A program made the position numbers and the translations under genes. Of a stretch of DNA of 64,000 nucleotides, positions 27,295-36,317 are shown piece after piece. The notes under the pieces are model-generated. The model saw nothing but the letters and a program-made list of their open reading frames with translations, was not told the origin of the DNA and did no database searches. Numbering within the stretch: position 1 is the first letter of the stretch; each line of letters opens with the position of its first letter. The DNA is from Gemmatimonadales bacterium (GTDB taxonomy: Bacteria; Gemmatimonadota; Gemmatimonadetes; Gemmatimonadales; GWC2-71-9), in assembly GCA_038321865.1 (NCBI GenBank), contig JBBQFH010000016.1, positions 1 to 64,000 on the forward strand, read 5' to 3'.

Positions 27295-28172
27295 TCCGTA
27301 CCGTCGGGGTGCTCGGTTGCGGGCTCATGGGGAGCGGCATCGCCCAGACGGCGGCCACGGCGGGATACACGACCATCGTGCGCGAGACCGAGCACGCGCC
27401 ACTGGTCCGCGGCCGCGCGGCGATCGAGAAGTCGCTGGCCAGGCTGCTCGAGAAGAGGAAGCTGGAGCGCGGCGCGCCCGATGCCGCGCTCGCGCGGCTC
27501 ACCTTCACGACCGATCTCGGCGCGATCGCGGCGGCGGACCTAGTGATCGAAGCGGTGACGGAGGACCTGGCGGTGAAGAACGCGCTCTGGCGCGCGCTCG
27601 ACGATCTCTGCCCCGATCACACCATCTTCGCGTCCAACACCTCGAGTCTCACGATCGCGGCCATGGCGGCGGCGACGCGGCGCCCGGATCGCTTCGTCGG
27701 GCTGCACTTCTTCAATCCGGTGCCGCTGATGCCCCTGGTCGAGGTCGTCCGGACCGTCACCACGAGCCAGCCGGTGTTCGATCGCGCGATGGCCTTTGCC
27801 AGGAGCCTCGGCAAGGAGGCGGTGGCGGCACGGGACACGTCCGGCTTCATCGTCAACCTCCTGCTCGTTCCCTATCTGCTCGACGCGGTTCGCGCGCTGG
27901 AACAGCACGTCGCCGGCATGACGGACATCGACACCGCGATGCGGCTGGGCTGCGGCCATCCGATGGGCCCCTTCACCCTGCTCGACTTCATCGGGATCGA
28001 CACTACCTGCCGGATCGCCGAGATCATGTTCGACGAGTATCGGGAGGCGCGGTACGCGCCGCCGCCGCTGCTCAGGCGCATGGTGCTCGCCGGCCTGTTC
28101 GGCCGGAAGAGCGGCCGCGGCTTCTACGACTACTCGATGGAGCCGCCGCAGCCGGTGGCGCTGGGGATCTGA
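27291..28172 (+). CDS. hbd: 3-hydroxybutyryl-CoA dehydrogenase
   Basis: GCGLMGSGIA, ASNTSS, GLHFFNPVP, GHPMGP, GRKSGRGFY. Confidence 0.93.
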   Translation: MIRTVGVLGCGLMGSGIAQTAATAGYTTIVRETEHAPLVRGRAAIEKSLARLLEKRKLERGAPDAALARLTFTTDLGAIAAADLVIEAVTEDLAVKNALWRALDDLCPDHTIFASNTSSLTIAAMAAATRRPDRFVGLHFFNPVPLMPLVEVVRTVTTSQPVFDRAMAFARSLGKEAVAARDTSGFIVNLLLVPYLLDAVRALEQHVAGMTDIDTAMRLGCGHPMGPFTLLDFIGIDTTCRIAEIMFDEYREARYAPPPLLRRMVLAGLFGRKSGRGFYDYSMEPPQPVALGI

Positions 28173-29077
28173 TGCGCGGAGTCCTGCTCTCGCTCGCGGG
28201 CGCTGCTGCTCTCACCGGATGCGATCCGGGCACGCGCCGGCCGACCTTCCTCCCCCGCCCCGAAGCCGCGACGACCGAGGTCGAACAGCGAGTCCCGGCG
28301 GCGACGACGGCGCTCGCGGTCGCGCTCCAGTCCGACAGCATTCCCCTCCGCCGCGTCACCCCCCGTGACGGATATCTCGAGTCACCCTGGCTCGACGCCG
28401 CGACGCTCCGGCCGTCCAGCCGCCGCGCGGTGGGGCCTTCCATCGTTCAGATCAGGGGCTGGGTGGATCCCGGGCGCTACGGATACAGCCAGCTCACGGT
28501 CGAGGTCGTGTACCGGACGGTGGCCGATCCCTCAGTGCCCGCCCGCGAAACGGAGATCGAGGTTCCCTACGCGAGCCGCGCACGCGAACGGGTCCGCGCC
28601 GTGCTTGGCCGGCTGGGAGGCAAGCCGGTGGACCAGCCGGAAGCTGTGGCGACGAAGCTGCCGCCCCGCCGCCAACGACCCGATTCGACGCACGCGCCAG
28701 GCAGGCCGGTTGCCAATCCGATTCCCAGCCCGGCATCGGCCGACTCGGGGACGCTGCTCAAGGGAACGAAGGACAGCATCACGAGCAAGGCGCCCGCGGC
28801 CGCGCCCACCCAGGGACAGCGTGCCGCACCCCCGCCGGCGGTCGCGGCGCCGGTGTCCGGGCAGTACAGCGTGCAGGTCGCGGCCGTGCGAACGCGCGCC
28901 GAGGCCGATCCGATCGTCGCGGCGCTGGTGGCCAACGGCTTTCCGGCGCGGATCGATACGGTGGATGGCTGGCTCAAGGTGCGGGTCGGGAGCTATCCGA
29001 CGATGGCGGCGGCGCAGGGGATGTTTCGGAGCATCAAGGCCAGGCAGGGCGGCGCGCCGTTCATTGTGCGGCGCTGA
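28172..29077 (+). CDS. Lipoprotein with C-terminal SPOR domain
   Basis: TGATG overlap; lipobox LTGC; YSVQVAA...VRVGSY SPOR motif. Confidence 0.8.
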   Translation: MRGVLLSLAGAAALTGCDPGTRRPTFLPRPEAATTEVEQRVPAATTALAVALQSDSIPLRRVTPRDGYLESPWLDAATLRPSSRRAVGPSIVQIRGWVDPGRYGYSQLTVEVVYRTVADPSVPARETEIEVPYASRARERVRAVLGRLGGKPVDQPEAVATKLPPRRQRPDSTHAPGRPVANPIPSPASADSGTLLKGTKDSITSKAPAAAPTQGQRAAPPPAVAAPVSGQYSVQVAAVRTRAEADPIVAALVANGFPARIDTVDGWLKVRVGSYPTMAAAQGMFRSIKARQGGAPFIVRR

Positions 29078-29083
29078 CCGGGC

Positions 29084-29878
29084 TCAGACGACGAAGGACC
29101 GTACCCAGTCGTCGAGCTTCGAGAGGTCGAGCAACGCATCCTTGCAGGGTCCGGACGGCAGCGTCATCGTGAGTCCCAGGACCGGCACCTTTCCGGCCAC
29201 GTCGTGCAGTCCGCTCACCATGTCGCGCTCGCAGGCCACGGCGACGACGGCGCGGGGCCGGCGCTCGCGAATCACCCGGCGGGCCAGCTGTCCCCGCGTC
29301 GCGACGAACACCGGCACTCCGTACTTCCCCGCGATCCCGAGCACACCGTCCAGCGTGGTCTTGGACAGGCAGCGCGGAATCAGCACCAGCAGCTCGCCGC
29401 TTCCCACCTTTCGCCGCCGCATCAACGCGAGCCCGTTGTAGACCTTCACGCTTCCGTTCTCGACCCAGTCCCGCCGTCCGAACCGCTCGGCCACCCGCGA
29501 CGTGAGGCGCATCAGCCGGAGAAACGGCCCCCGTTCCGCCAGCCGCTCGGGCAGGAGGGGCGCCCCGACGGCAAAGGCCAGCGCGAGCAGCCCCCACCAC
29601 ATGGCGGTCACCGCCGCCGTGACGGCGAGCGCGATCCAGATCAGATGCGGCAGCGCGGGATGCAGCAGGGCAAGCCGAGGGGCCAGCAGGTAGATCAGCG
29701 CCGTCGCCGCCGCGAGCGCCACGACGAGCGCACCGGCCGACCAGGCGAAGAACAGTCCGGGTGAGGAATCGTAGTTGCCGCCGTTGGGCAGCGGCTGACC
29801 GTCCCACTCATCCCACTCGTGTCCCAACCGGCGATCGACATCGATGTGAATCAGCTGCGCCCGCGAGTGGTCCGGCAT
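29084..29878 (-). CDS. DUF116 family membrane protein
   Basis: LLVLIPRCL, VFVATRG, AVVAVACERDM, GPCKD; start MPDHS. Confidence 0.8.
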   Translation of the reverse strand: MPDHSRAQLIHIDVDRRLGHEWDEWDGQPLPNGGNYDSSPGLFFAWSAGALVVALAAATALIYLLAPRLALLHPALPHLIWIALAVTAAVTAMWWGLLALAFAVGAPLLPERLAERGPFLRLMRLTSRVAERFGRRDWVENGSVKVYNGLALMRRRKVGSGELLVLIPRCLSKTTLDGVLGIAGKYGVPVFVATRGQLARRVIRERRPRAVVAVACERDMVSGLHDVAGKVPVLGLTMTLPSGPCKDALLDLSKLDDWVRSFVV

Positions 29879-29884
29879 GGGACG

Positions 29885-29900
29885 AAAATAATAGTATTTT
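29885..29900. promoter_or_regulatory. Symmetric bidirectional -10 element (leaderless starts)
   Basis: AAAATA-ATAG-TATTTT; TATTTT lies 6 nt before the ATG on each strand (29878 minus, 29907 plus). Confidence 0.55.
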
Positions 29901-29906
29901 GCGCCC

Positions 29907-31541
29907 ATGATGCCCGCTCCGGCGATTCGCGGTCCGTTCCGCACCGATCTCTCCGCCCGCGCCGCCTACGCGGAGGGCGCGGGGATCTACCGGATCGTTC
30001 CGGCGGCCGTCGCCGTGCCGGCCGATATCGCCGACCTGATCGCGCTGGTACGCTGGGCCGCCGCGACCGGCTCGCCGCTGGTGCTGCGTGGCGCGGGCAG
30101 CGCGATGGGCGGCGGCAACGTCGGGGACGGCACGATCGTGGACCTCACCCGGCTCCGCGAGCGGCCGCTCGCGATCCGGGCCGATCGCCGGCTGGCACGG
30201 GCCGGCTCGTCCGTCACGCTGGCGGAGCTCGACCGCGCGGCGGCGCAGCACAATCTCCGGCTTCCGCCCGATCCGTCCAGCGGCAAATGGGCCACCCTCG
30301 GCGGGATGATTTCGACCAACGCCGCCGGCGCCCGGAGCGTCCGTTACGGCAGCGTCCGTCCGTGGGTGCAGGCGATCGACCTCGTGACGGCCGACGGCGA
30401 GCAGATCCGGCTTGCCCGCGGCGCAGAGCCGCCGCCCGCGGCGGCGGTCGAGCGCTTCCGCCGGACTGCCGAGCCCGCGATCAGGGCCGCCGCTGAGCGA
30501 ATCGGGACCGCATTTCCGCATACGCGGAAGAATTCGTCCGGCTACGCGCTCGATGCCTACCTCCGGAGCGGCGACCTGCTCGACCTCGTCATCGGCGCGG
30601 AAGGCACGCTCGGCATCGTCACGGGCGCGGATTGGCGGCTCGATGCCGTCCCCCGTCACCACGCCGCGCTCCGCATCTCGCTCCGCTCCATGGATCACTT
30701 CGCCGGCGTCATCGCTGCGCTGCTGGCGCACCAGCCCTCGGCCGTGGAGCTGCTGGACCGGACCTTCCTCGACCTCGTGGGGCACCGGCTCTCCCCCGAC
30801 GCGGCCGTGGCGGCTGCCGGCGCCGAAGCGGTGCTGCTGGTGGAGCTCGAAGGCGCGAGCGTCGCGGCGCTTCGCGAAGTGGTGGACGCGGCGACGCGCG
30901 CCGTGCGGCCGATGGCCGCGCGGGTGGATACCGCGCTCGACGAGGCCGAAGCGACTCGCCTCTGGGCGCTGCGCCACGCGGCCAGCCCCATCCTCGCCGG
31001 GCTGCCCGAGACGCGCCGCTCCCTCCAGGTGATCGAGGATGGGTGCGTGCCGGTGTCGCGCGTCGGCGAATACATCCGGTTCGTGCGAACGGCGGCAGGC
31101 GCTCATGGGCTCGATGTGGTGATGTTCGGCCATGCGGGAGACGGCCATGTCCACGTCAACCTCCTGCCGGAGCTCGCGCGCGCAGGCTGGGAGGCCGAGG
31201 TCGCGGCGCTGCTCGACGAAGTCACTGGTGAGATCGTCCGGCTGGGCGGCACGCCTTCAGGTGAGCATGGGGACGGGCGGCTCCGCGCCGGCCTGCTCGA
31301 ACGGGTGTATGGCCGCGACATCGTCGAGCTCTTCCGCCTGACCAGGACGGCGTTCGATCCCCATGGTATCTTCAACCCCGGCGTCATCGTGTCCGACGGC
31401 GCGCCGGCGATCAGCCGGCTCAAGGCGGGCGCCGGCGCGGTCTCGCTTCCCCCCGCGATTGCCGCCGCACTGCGCGAGATCGAGCGCACCGGCGGCTACG
31501 CCCGGCACCGGCTCGAGCTGGCTTCCTCAGACCACCCATAG
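29907..31541 (+). CDS. FAD-binding oxidoreductase (GlcD/D-lactate dehydrogenase-like)
   Basis: RGAGSAMGG, PDPSS..ATLGGM, GAEGTLG, GHAGDGHVH, SGEHGDG, FDPHGIFNPG. Confidence 0.9.
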   Translation: MMPAPAIRGPFRTDLSARAAYAEGAGIYRIVPAAVAVPADIADLIALVRWAAATGSPLVLRGAGSAMGGGNVGDGTIVDLTRLRERPLAIRADRRLARAGSSVTLAELDRAAAQHNLRLPPDPSSGKWATLGGMISTNAAGARSVRYGSVRPWVQAIDLVTADGEQIRLARGAEPPPAAAVERFRRTAEPAIRAAAERIGTAFPHTRKNSSGYALDAYLRSGDLLDLVIGAEGTLGIVTGADWRLDAVPRHHAALRISLRSMDHFAGVIAALLAHQPSAVELLDRTFLDLVGHRLSPDAAVAAAGAEAVLLVELEGASVAALREVVDAATRAVRPMAARVDTALDEAEATRLWALRHAASPILAGLPETRRSLQVIEDGCVPVSRVGEYIRFVRTAAGAHGLDVVMFGHAGDGHVHVNLLPELARAGWEAEVAALLDEVTGEIVRLGGTPSGEHGDGRLRAGLLERVYGRDIVELFRLTRTAFDPHGIFNPGVIVSDGAPAISRLKAGAGAVSLPPAIAAALREIERTGGYARHRLELASSDHP

Positions 31542-31550
31542 CCCCGACTC

Positions 31551-32303
31551 ATGGAAATACTCCGCACGCCCCGGATCACGCTCATCGCCCGTCCCCAGTT
31601 CATCGAGCCGGCTCACCTGCCCGTTCAGTGGAAAGGGGAGGCGAGCGACGGCGAGCGGATCGCGGAATTCGCGGGCCGGCTCTGCTACATGAGCCAGCAC
31701 AATCCGGCCGGGCGGACCACGGCCGAATACCTCCGCAACATCCTTCGGCAGGGACACGGGTCGGTGTTCGAGCACGCGCAATACGTCCTGCTGATCGAAG
31801 GTATCTCGCGCTCCTGCAGTCATGAGCTGGTCCGGCACCGGGCCGGGTTCGGCTATTCGCAGCTCTCCCAGCGCTACGTGGATGAGTCGCATGCGGCGTT
31901 CGTGATGCCGCCGGCCATCCAGGGCGACGCGGCGCTGGAGGAGGCGTGGACCCGCCAGGTGGAGGCGGCGCAGGCCGCCTACGTGCAGGCGGTGGACGGC
32001 CTGATGGCGAAGTACGCGTGGGTGGAGGACAAGATCCACCGCCGGAAGCTGGCGCGCGAAGCGGCGCGGAGTGTCCTGCCGAACGCGACCGAGGTGAAGA
32101 TCGTCGTGAGCGCGAACGTCCGGGCGTGGCGCACGATGCTGGAGCTCCGCCTGGGCGAAGGCGCCGAGCTGGAAATCCGCCGCATGGCGGTCGCGGTACT
32201 GCGCGCGCTCCAGGCGGAGGCGGCCGCGCTGTTCGGCGATTTCGAGATCTTTCGGGGCGAAGACGGCAACGAATCCGGCCGCGTGGAGTACCACAAGGTC
32301 TGA
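31551..32303 (+). CDS. thyX: FAD-dependent thymidylate synthase
   Basis: GHGSVFEH, HELVRHR, SQLSQRY, REAARSVLP. Confidence 0.95.
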   Translation: MEILRTPRITLIARPQFIEPAHLPVQWKGEASDGERIAEFAGRLCYMSQHNPAGRTTAEYLRNILRQGHGSVFEHAQYVLLIEGISRSCSHELVRHRAGFGYSQLSQRYVDESHAAFVMPPAIQGDAALEEAWTRQVEAAQAAYVQAVDGLMAKYAWVEDKIHRRKLAREAARSVLPNATEVKIVVSANVRAWRTMLELRLGEGAELEIRRMAVAVLRALQAEAAALFGDFEIFRGEDGNESGRVEYHKV

Positions 32304-32353
32304 CGCTCGGAATCTTTTTGGAAAACTCGTTGGACAAACTCCCGCAAAATCTA

Positions 32354-32382
32354 TTGTGCGGCTGTCGGCTTTTTCCTACATT
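32354..32382 (+). promoter_or_regulatory. Candidate sigma70 promoter of the ATP-grasp/KamA operon
   Basis: TTGTGC-17 nt-TACATT in an AT-rich intergenic region. Confidence 0.45.
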
Positions 32383-32409
32383 AGTGCGTCGACATCGCAG
32401 GCCTCGCGC

Positions 32410-32436
32410 GGCTCGTCTTTGCAGGCGGCCTTTTTT
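32410..32436 (+). terminator. Terminator-like hairpin + U6 directly before the first ATP-grasp gene
   Basis: GGCTCGTCT-TTGC-AGGCGGCC followed by TTTTTT. Confidence 0.45.
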
Positions 32437-32449
32437 GTAGAGGAATCTC

Positions 32450-33574
32450 TTGGCAGTTCGGATCGGACTGGCCTACAATCTGAAGCCCGAGGCGCCGGCT
32501 ACCCCAGCCGGGGCGACGTCCGACTCCCCCCCATCGCCCGACGAACCTCCCAGCGACGTTTCCTCGTCCCGCACGCTGCGGTCCGATCTCGAACAGCCCG
32601 ACCTGTACGCCGAGTGGGATGAGCCCGCGACGATCGATGCCGTCGAGCGGGCGCTCGCCACGCTGGGTGACGTGATCCGGCTCGAGGCGGACGCCGGCTT
32701 CCCCGCCAGGCTTGCCGCGGCCCGTCCCGACTTCGTGTTCAACATCGCCGAAGGCCTCTACGGCCCGAACCGCGAAGGACACGTCCCGGCAATCTGCGAG
32801 TTCCTCGGCATTCCCTGTCATGCGTCCGATCCGCTCGCGCTCGCGCTCGCGCTCCACAAGGGGCGGGCCAAGGAGATCATGGCGCAGCACGGTGTGCCCA
32901 CCGCGCCGTTTCTCCTCGCCCGCTCGCGCGACGATGCCAGGAACGTCACGCTGCCGTTCCCGCTCTTCGCCAAGCCGGCGTTCGAGGGCTCGGGCAAGGG
33001 CGTCAGCGTGCGGAGCCTCTGCCATAACCGGGCGGAGCTCGTCGCGCAGGTCGAGTATCTCCTCGCCACCTATCACCAGCCGGTACTCGTCGAGACCTAC
33101 CTCCCGGGCCAGGAGTTCACGGTCGCGGTGATCGGCAACGGCGAGGAGGCACGCTGCTTGCCCATCGTCGGCATGCGATTCGACACGCTGCCGGCGGGCG
33201 CGCCGCCGATCTACGGCTACGAGGCCAAGTGGCTCTGGGACACGTTGAGCAATCCGCTGGACATCTACGACTGTCCGGCCCGCGTCCCCGAGCCGCTGGC
33301 CGAGGCGGTGCGTGCGGCGGCGCTGGCGGCATACCGGGCGCTCGACTGCCGGGACTGGTGCCGCATCGACGTCCGCTGCGATGGCGCCGGTAACCCGATG
33401 GTGGTGGAGCTGAACCCGCTGCCCGGCATCCTGCCCGATCCGCGCGACAATTCGTGCTTCCCCAAGGCTGCCCGCGCCGCCGGCATGAGCTACGACGACC
33501 TGATCCGGACCGTCGCGGACATCGCGTGGCGGCGCATCAGCGGACACTCCCTCCTCGCGACGGTGCCGTCATGA
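32450..33574 (+). CDS. D-Ala-D-Ala ligase-like ATP-grasp enzyme 1
   Basis: VFNIAEG, LHKGRAK, FAKPAFEGSGKG, ETYLPGQEFTV, RIDVR, ELNPLPG; TTG start with GAGGA RBS. Confidence 0.88.
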   Translation: MAVRIGLAYNLKPEAPATPAGATSDSPPSPDEPPSDVSSSRTLRSDLEQPDLYAEWDEPATIDAVERALATLGDVIRLEADAGFPARLAAARPDFVFNIAEGLYGPNREGHVPAICEFLGIPCHASDPLALALALHKGRAKEIMAQHGVPTAPFLLARSRDDARNVTLPFPLFAKPAFEGSGKGVSVRSLCHNRAELVAQVEYLLATYHQPVLVETYLPGQEFTVAVIGNGEEARCLPIVGMRFDTLPAGAPPIYGYEAKWLWDTLSNPLDIYDCPARVPEPLAEAVRAAALAAYRALDCRDWCRIDVRCDGAGNPMVVELNPLPGILPDPRDNSCFPKAARAAGMSYDDLIRTVADIAWRRISGHSLLATVPS

Positions 33575-34581
33575 GGATCGCGATCATCTTCGACGCGGGC
33601 AGCGCCGAGTGGACCGCGCAGGACGTGGCCGCCGTCCTGGAGAACGTGCACGAGGTTCGCGCCGCCCTCCGGGCCGCCGGCCACGAGGTCGAGCTGGTCC
33701 CGGTTCGCGCCGGCGAGTTCCGGTGGCTGAGCCGCGCCCGCCGGGCCGAGCTGATCTTCAATCTGTGCGAAGGGATCAACGGCCACGCCCGCTTCGAGGA
33801 TTACGTCGTCTCGACGCTGGAGCTGACCGGCATCCCGTTCACCGGGTGCCGCGCCTGGCCGACCTCGCTGGCGCATCGGAAGCACGTCGCCAACACGCTG
33901 ATGGGAGCCGCCGGCCTCCCGGTGCCGGCGTTCACGCTGGCGCACGCCAACAAGATTCCATCCACCTTTCCGCTGCCCGCCATCGTGAAGCCGGCAGCGG
34001 AGGACGCGAGCGTCGGGATCGATGCGGGCGCGGTCTGCACCACCCGGAAGGCGCTGCGCCAGCGGGTGTCGCAGATGCTGGAGCAGTTCGAGGAAGTAAT
34101 CGTCCAGGAATACGTGGCCGGGCGGGAGTTCAACGTCGGCTTCATCGGGCGGCAGATGCTCCCGATCTCCGAGATCGACTTCGCCGGCATGCCGGAGGGC
34201 AGCTGGCCCATCGTCACCTACGCGGCCAAGTGGGTCACCGGAAGCCCGGAAGACATCGGGACGGTGCCGGTCTGCCCCGCGCGGATTCCGTCCGACGTGG
34301 CACGGCGCATCGGCCACGTGGCGCGGCAGGCGTGGGAGCTGATGGCGGCGTCCGAAGGGTACGGACGGGTCGACATTCGGCTCGGCGAGAGCGGCCAGCC
34401 GTACATCATCGAGGTGAACCCGTGCCCCGATCTTTCCAGCAACGCGGGACTCGCCCGGATGGGGCGCGCCTTCGGCTGGGACTACGGGACGCTGGTGATG
34501 CAGATCGTGGACGAGGCGATGAGCCGCGCGGACAAGACCCGCGCCGCGGTCGCACTCGCCCACGGCGTGGTGCCGGCATGA
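33571..34581 (+). CDS. D-Ala-D-Ala ligase-like ATP-grasp enzyme 2
   Basis: ATGA overlap; IFNLCEG, IVKPAAEDASVGI, QEYVAGREFNV, GRVDIR, EVNPCP. Confidence 0.88.
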   Translation: MRIAIIFDAGSAEWTAQDVAAVLENVHEVRAALRAAGHEVELVPVRAGEFRWLSRARRAELIFNLCEGINGHARFEDYVVSTLELTGIPFTGCRAWPTSLAHRKHVANTLMGAAGLPVPAFTLAHANKIPSTFPLPAIVKPAAEDASVGIDAGAVCTTRKALRQRVSQMLEQFEEVIVQEYVAGREFNVGFIGRQMLPISEIDFAGMPEGSWPIVTYAAKWVTGSPEDIGTVPVCPARIPSDVARRIGHVARQAWELMAASEGYGRVDIRLGESGQPYIIEVNPCPDLSSNAGLARMGRAFGWDYGTLVMQIVDEAMSRADKTRAAVALAHGVVPA

Positions 34582-35075
34582 GCGCCGTGGCGACGCTGCC
34601 CGTGCTCCGTGAGCTGCGCGCGACCGACCGCGCCGAGATCGAAGCGATCACGCGGGCGACAGGCCTCTTCCGCGCCGACGAGATCCCGGTTGCCGTCGAG
34701 GTGTGCGATGCCGCCGCTGCGGGCGACCCTTCCTACCAGGCGATCGTCGCGGAGTCGGACGGACGGGTGGCGGGCTGGCTCTGCTGGGGAGCCACGCCAT
34801 GCACCCTCGGCACCTACGACCTCTACTGGATGGCGGTCCACCCGGCACTGCAGGGTGCCGGGATCGGAACCGCGCTGATTCGTGAGATGGAGCACCGCCT
34901 CGCCGGACTCGCCCGCATGATCGTGGTCGAGACGGCGGGCCGCGAGGATTACGCGGGCACCCGCGCCTTCTACCAGGCCCGCGGCTATCACGCCGTCGCG
35001 ACGATCCCAGAGTTTTACGCCCCGGGCGACGATCAGGTCGTCTACGTGAAGTACCCCACGAGCACATCGCAGTGA
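34578..35075 (+). CDS. GNAT N-acetyltransferase
   Basis: ATGA overlap; DLYWMAVHPALQGAGIG acetyl-CoA motif; RAFYQARGY. Confidence 0.9.
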   Translation: MSAVATLPVLRELRATDRAEIEAITRATGLFRADEIPVAVEVCDAAAAGDPSYQAIVAESDGRVAGWLCWGATPCTLGTYDLYWMAVHPALQGAGIGTALIREMEHRLAGLARMIVVETAGREDYAGTRAFYQARGYHAVATIPEFYAPGDDQVVYVKYPTSTSQ

Positions 35076-35093
35076 AGGAGGGCCCGTAGCTTC

Positions 35094-36257
35094 ATGGAGA
35101 CCTGGCAGGAAGTCCTGAGAAAGAACTCGATCTCCTCGCTCGAGGCACTCTCGGCCAAGTTCGGCGCCGAGCACTTCCCCGAGCTCGACCGCCTGCGTCA
35201 GGCGGCGGAGAACTTCGAGTTCCGGATCTCGCCGGCGATGGTGGACCTGATCAAGGCCCCCGACGATCCGATCTGGCGACAGTACGTGCCGAGCGTGGAA
35301 GAGCTCGACGTCGTGGATGGCGTCGTCGACTCGCTCAACGAGGACGAGGACAGCCCGGTGCCGAACATCACGCACCGGTACCCCGACCGGGCATTGTTCC
35401 TGGTGTCTCCGGTGTGCGCCACCTATTGCCGCTTCTGCACCCGGCGGCGGAAGGTCGGCGACCCCGAGAAGATCCCGATGTCGCAGTTCGAGAGCGCGTT
35501 CCAGTACCTCGAGCAGCACACCGAGATCCGCGACGTCATCATGTCGGGCGGCGATCCGCTGCTGCTCAACGACCGGCGCCTCGAGCTCATCCTGCAGCGG
35601 CTCCGGTCGATCCCGCACATCGAGATCATCCGGATCGGCACCCGGGTGCCGTGCCATCTGCCCGAGCGGATCACGCCCGAGCTGTGTGCCATGCTCAAGA
35701 AGTATCACCCGCTCTACATCAACACCCATTTCAATCACCCCGACGAGCTCACGCCCGCGGCGGTGCACGGGCTCGGCATGCTGGCGGAAGCGGGCATCCC
35801 GCTCGGATGCCAGACCGTGCTGCTCAAGGGCGTGAACGACACTCCCGAGGTCATGAAGCAGCTGATGCACCGGCTGCTGATGGCCAGGGTCCGTCCGTAC
35901 TACATCTACATGGCCGACCAGGTCGCCGGCGGAGAGCACTTCCGCACCAGCGTCCAGACCGGCATCAAGATCATGGAAGCGTTGCGCGGCTGGACCAGCG
36001 GCCTCGCCATCCCTGCCTTCGTGATCGACGCGCCGGGCGGTGGCGGCAAGATCCCGCTGCTGCCGGAATACGTCGTGAGCATGACGGACGAGGAAGTGGT
36101 CCTGCGGAATTTCCGTGGCGAGCGCTACGTCTACCGGCAGCCGCAGGAGGAGGTCGGGGTCGGCAGCCGCCCTGGCGATCCGGAGTACCTGTTCCAGCCG
36201 ACGTTTGATATCAAGAAGCGGAAACGAAGCACGAAGCCCAGGCGCAAGACCGCCTGA
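35094..36257 (+). CDS. kamA: KamA-family radical SAM aminomutase (lysine 2,3-aminomutase-like)
   Basis: THRYPDR, CATYCRFC, SGGDPL, HFNHP, QTVLLKGVND, DAPGGGGKIP (PLP lysine). Confidence 0.92.
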   Translation: METWQEVLRKNSISSLEALSAKFGAEHFPELDRLRQAAENFEFRISPAMVDLIKAPDDPIWRQYVPSVEELDVVDGVVDSLNEDEDSPVPNITHRYPDRALFLVSPVCATYCRFCTRRRKVGDPEKIPMSQFESAFQYLEQHTEIRDVIMSGGDPLLLNDRRLELILQRLRSIPHIEIIRIGTRVPCHLPERITPELCAMLKKYHPLYINTHFNHPDELTPAAVHGLGMLAEAGIPLGCQTVLLKGVNDTPEVMKQLMHRLLMARVRPYYIYMADQVAGGEHFRTSVQTGIKIMEALRGWTSGLAIPAFVIDAPGGGGKIPLLPEYVVSMTDEEVVLRNFRGERYVYRQPQEEVGVGSRPGDPEYLFQPTFDIKKRKRSTKPRRKTA

Positions 36258-36287
36258 GCTGCTGCCGAAGTCGTGGATTCGCCCTTT

Positions 36288-36309
36288 CCGCCCGGCCGCT
36301 GCCGGGCGG
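36288..36309. terminator. Hairpin between convergent genes
   Basis: CCGCCCGGC-CGCT-GCCGGGCGG. Confidence 0.55.
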
Positions 36310-36317
36310 TCGGCGTT

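Noticed and set aside
32450..34581. Calling the ATP-grasp genes ddl or a vancomycin-resistance ligase
   Set aside because: They lack the Ddl N-terminal D-Ala motif and have no mur/van context.
35094..36257. Calling the KamA gene epmB
   Set aside because: No efp or epmA adjacent; the context is an ATP-grasp/GNAT operon.
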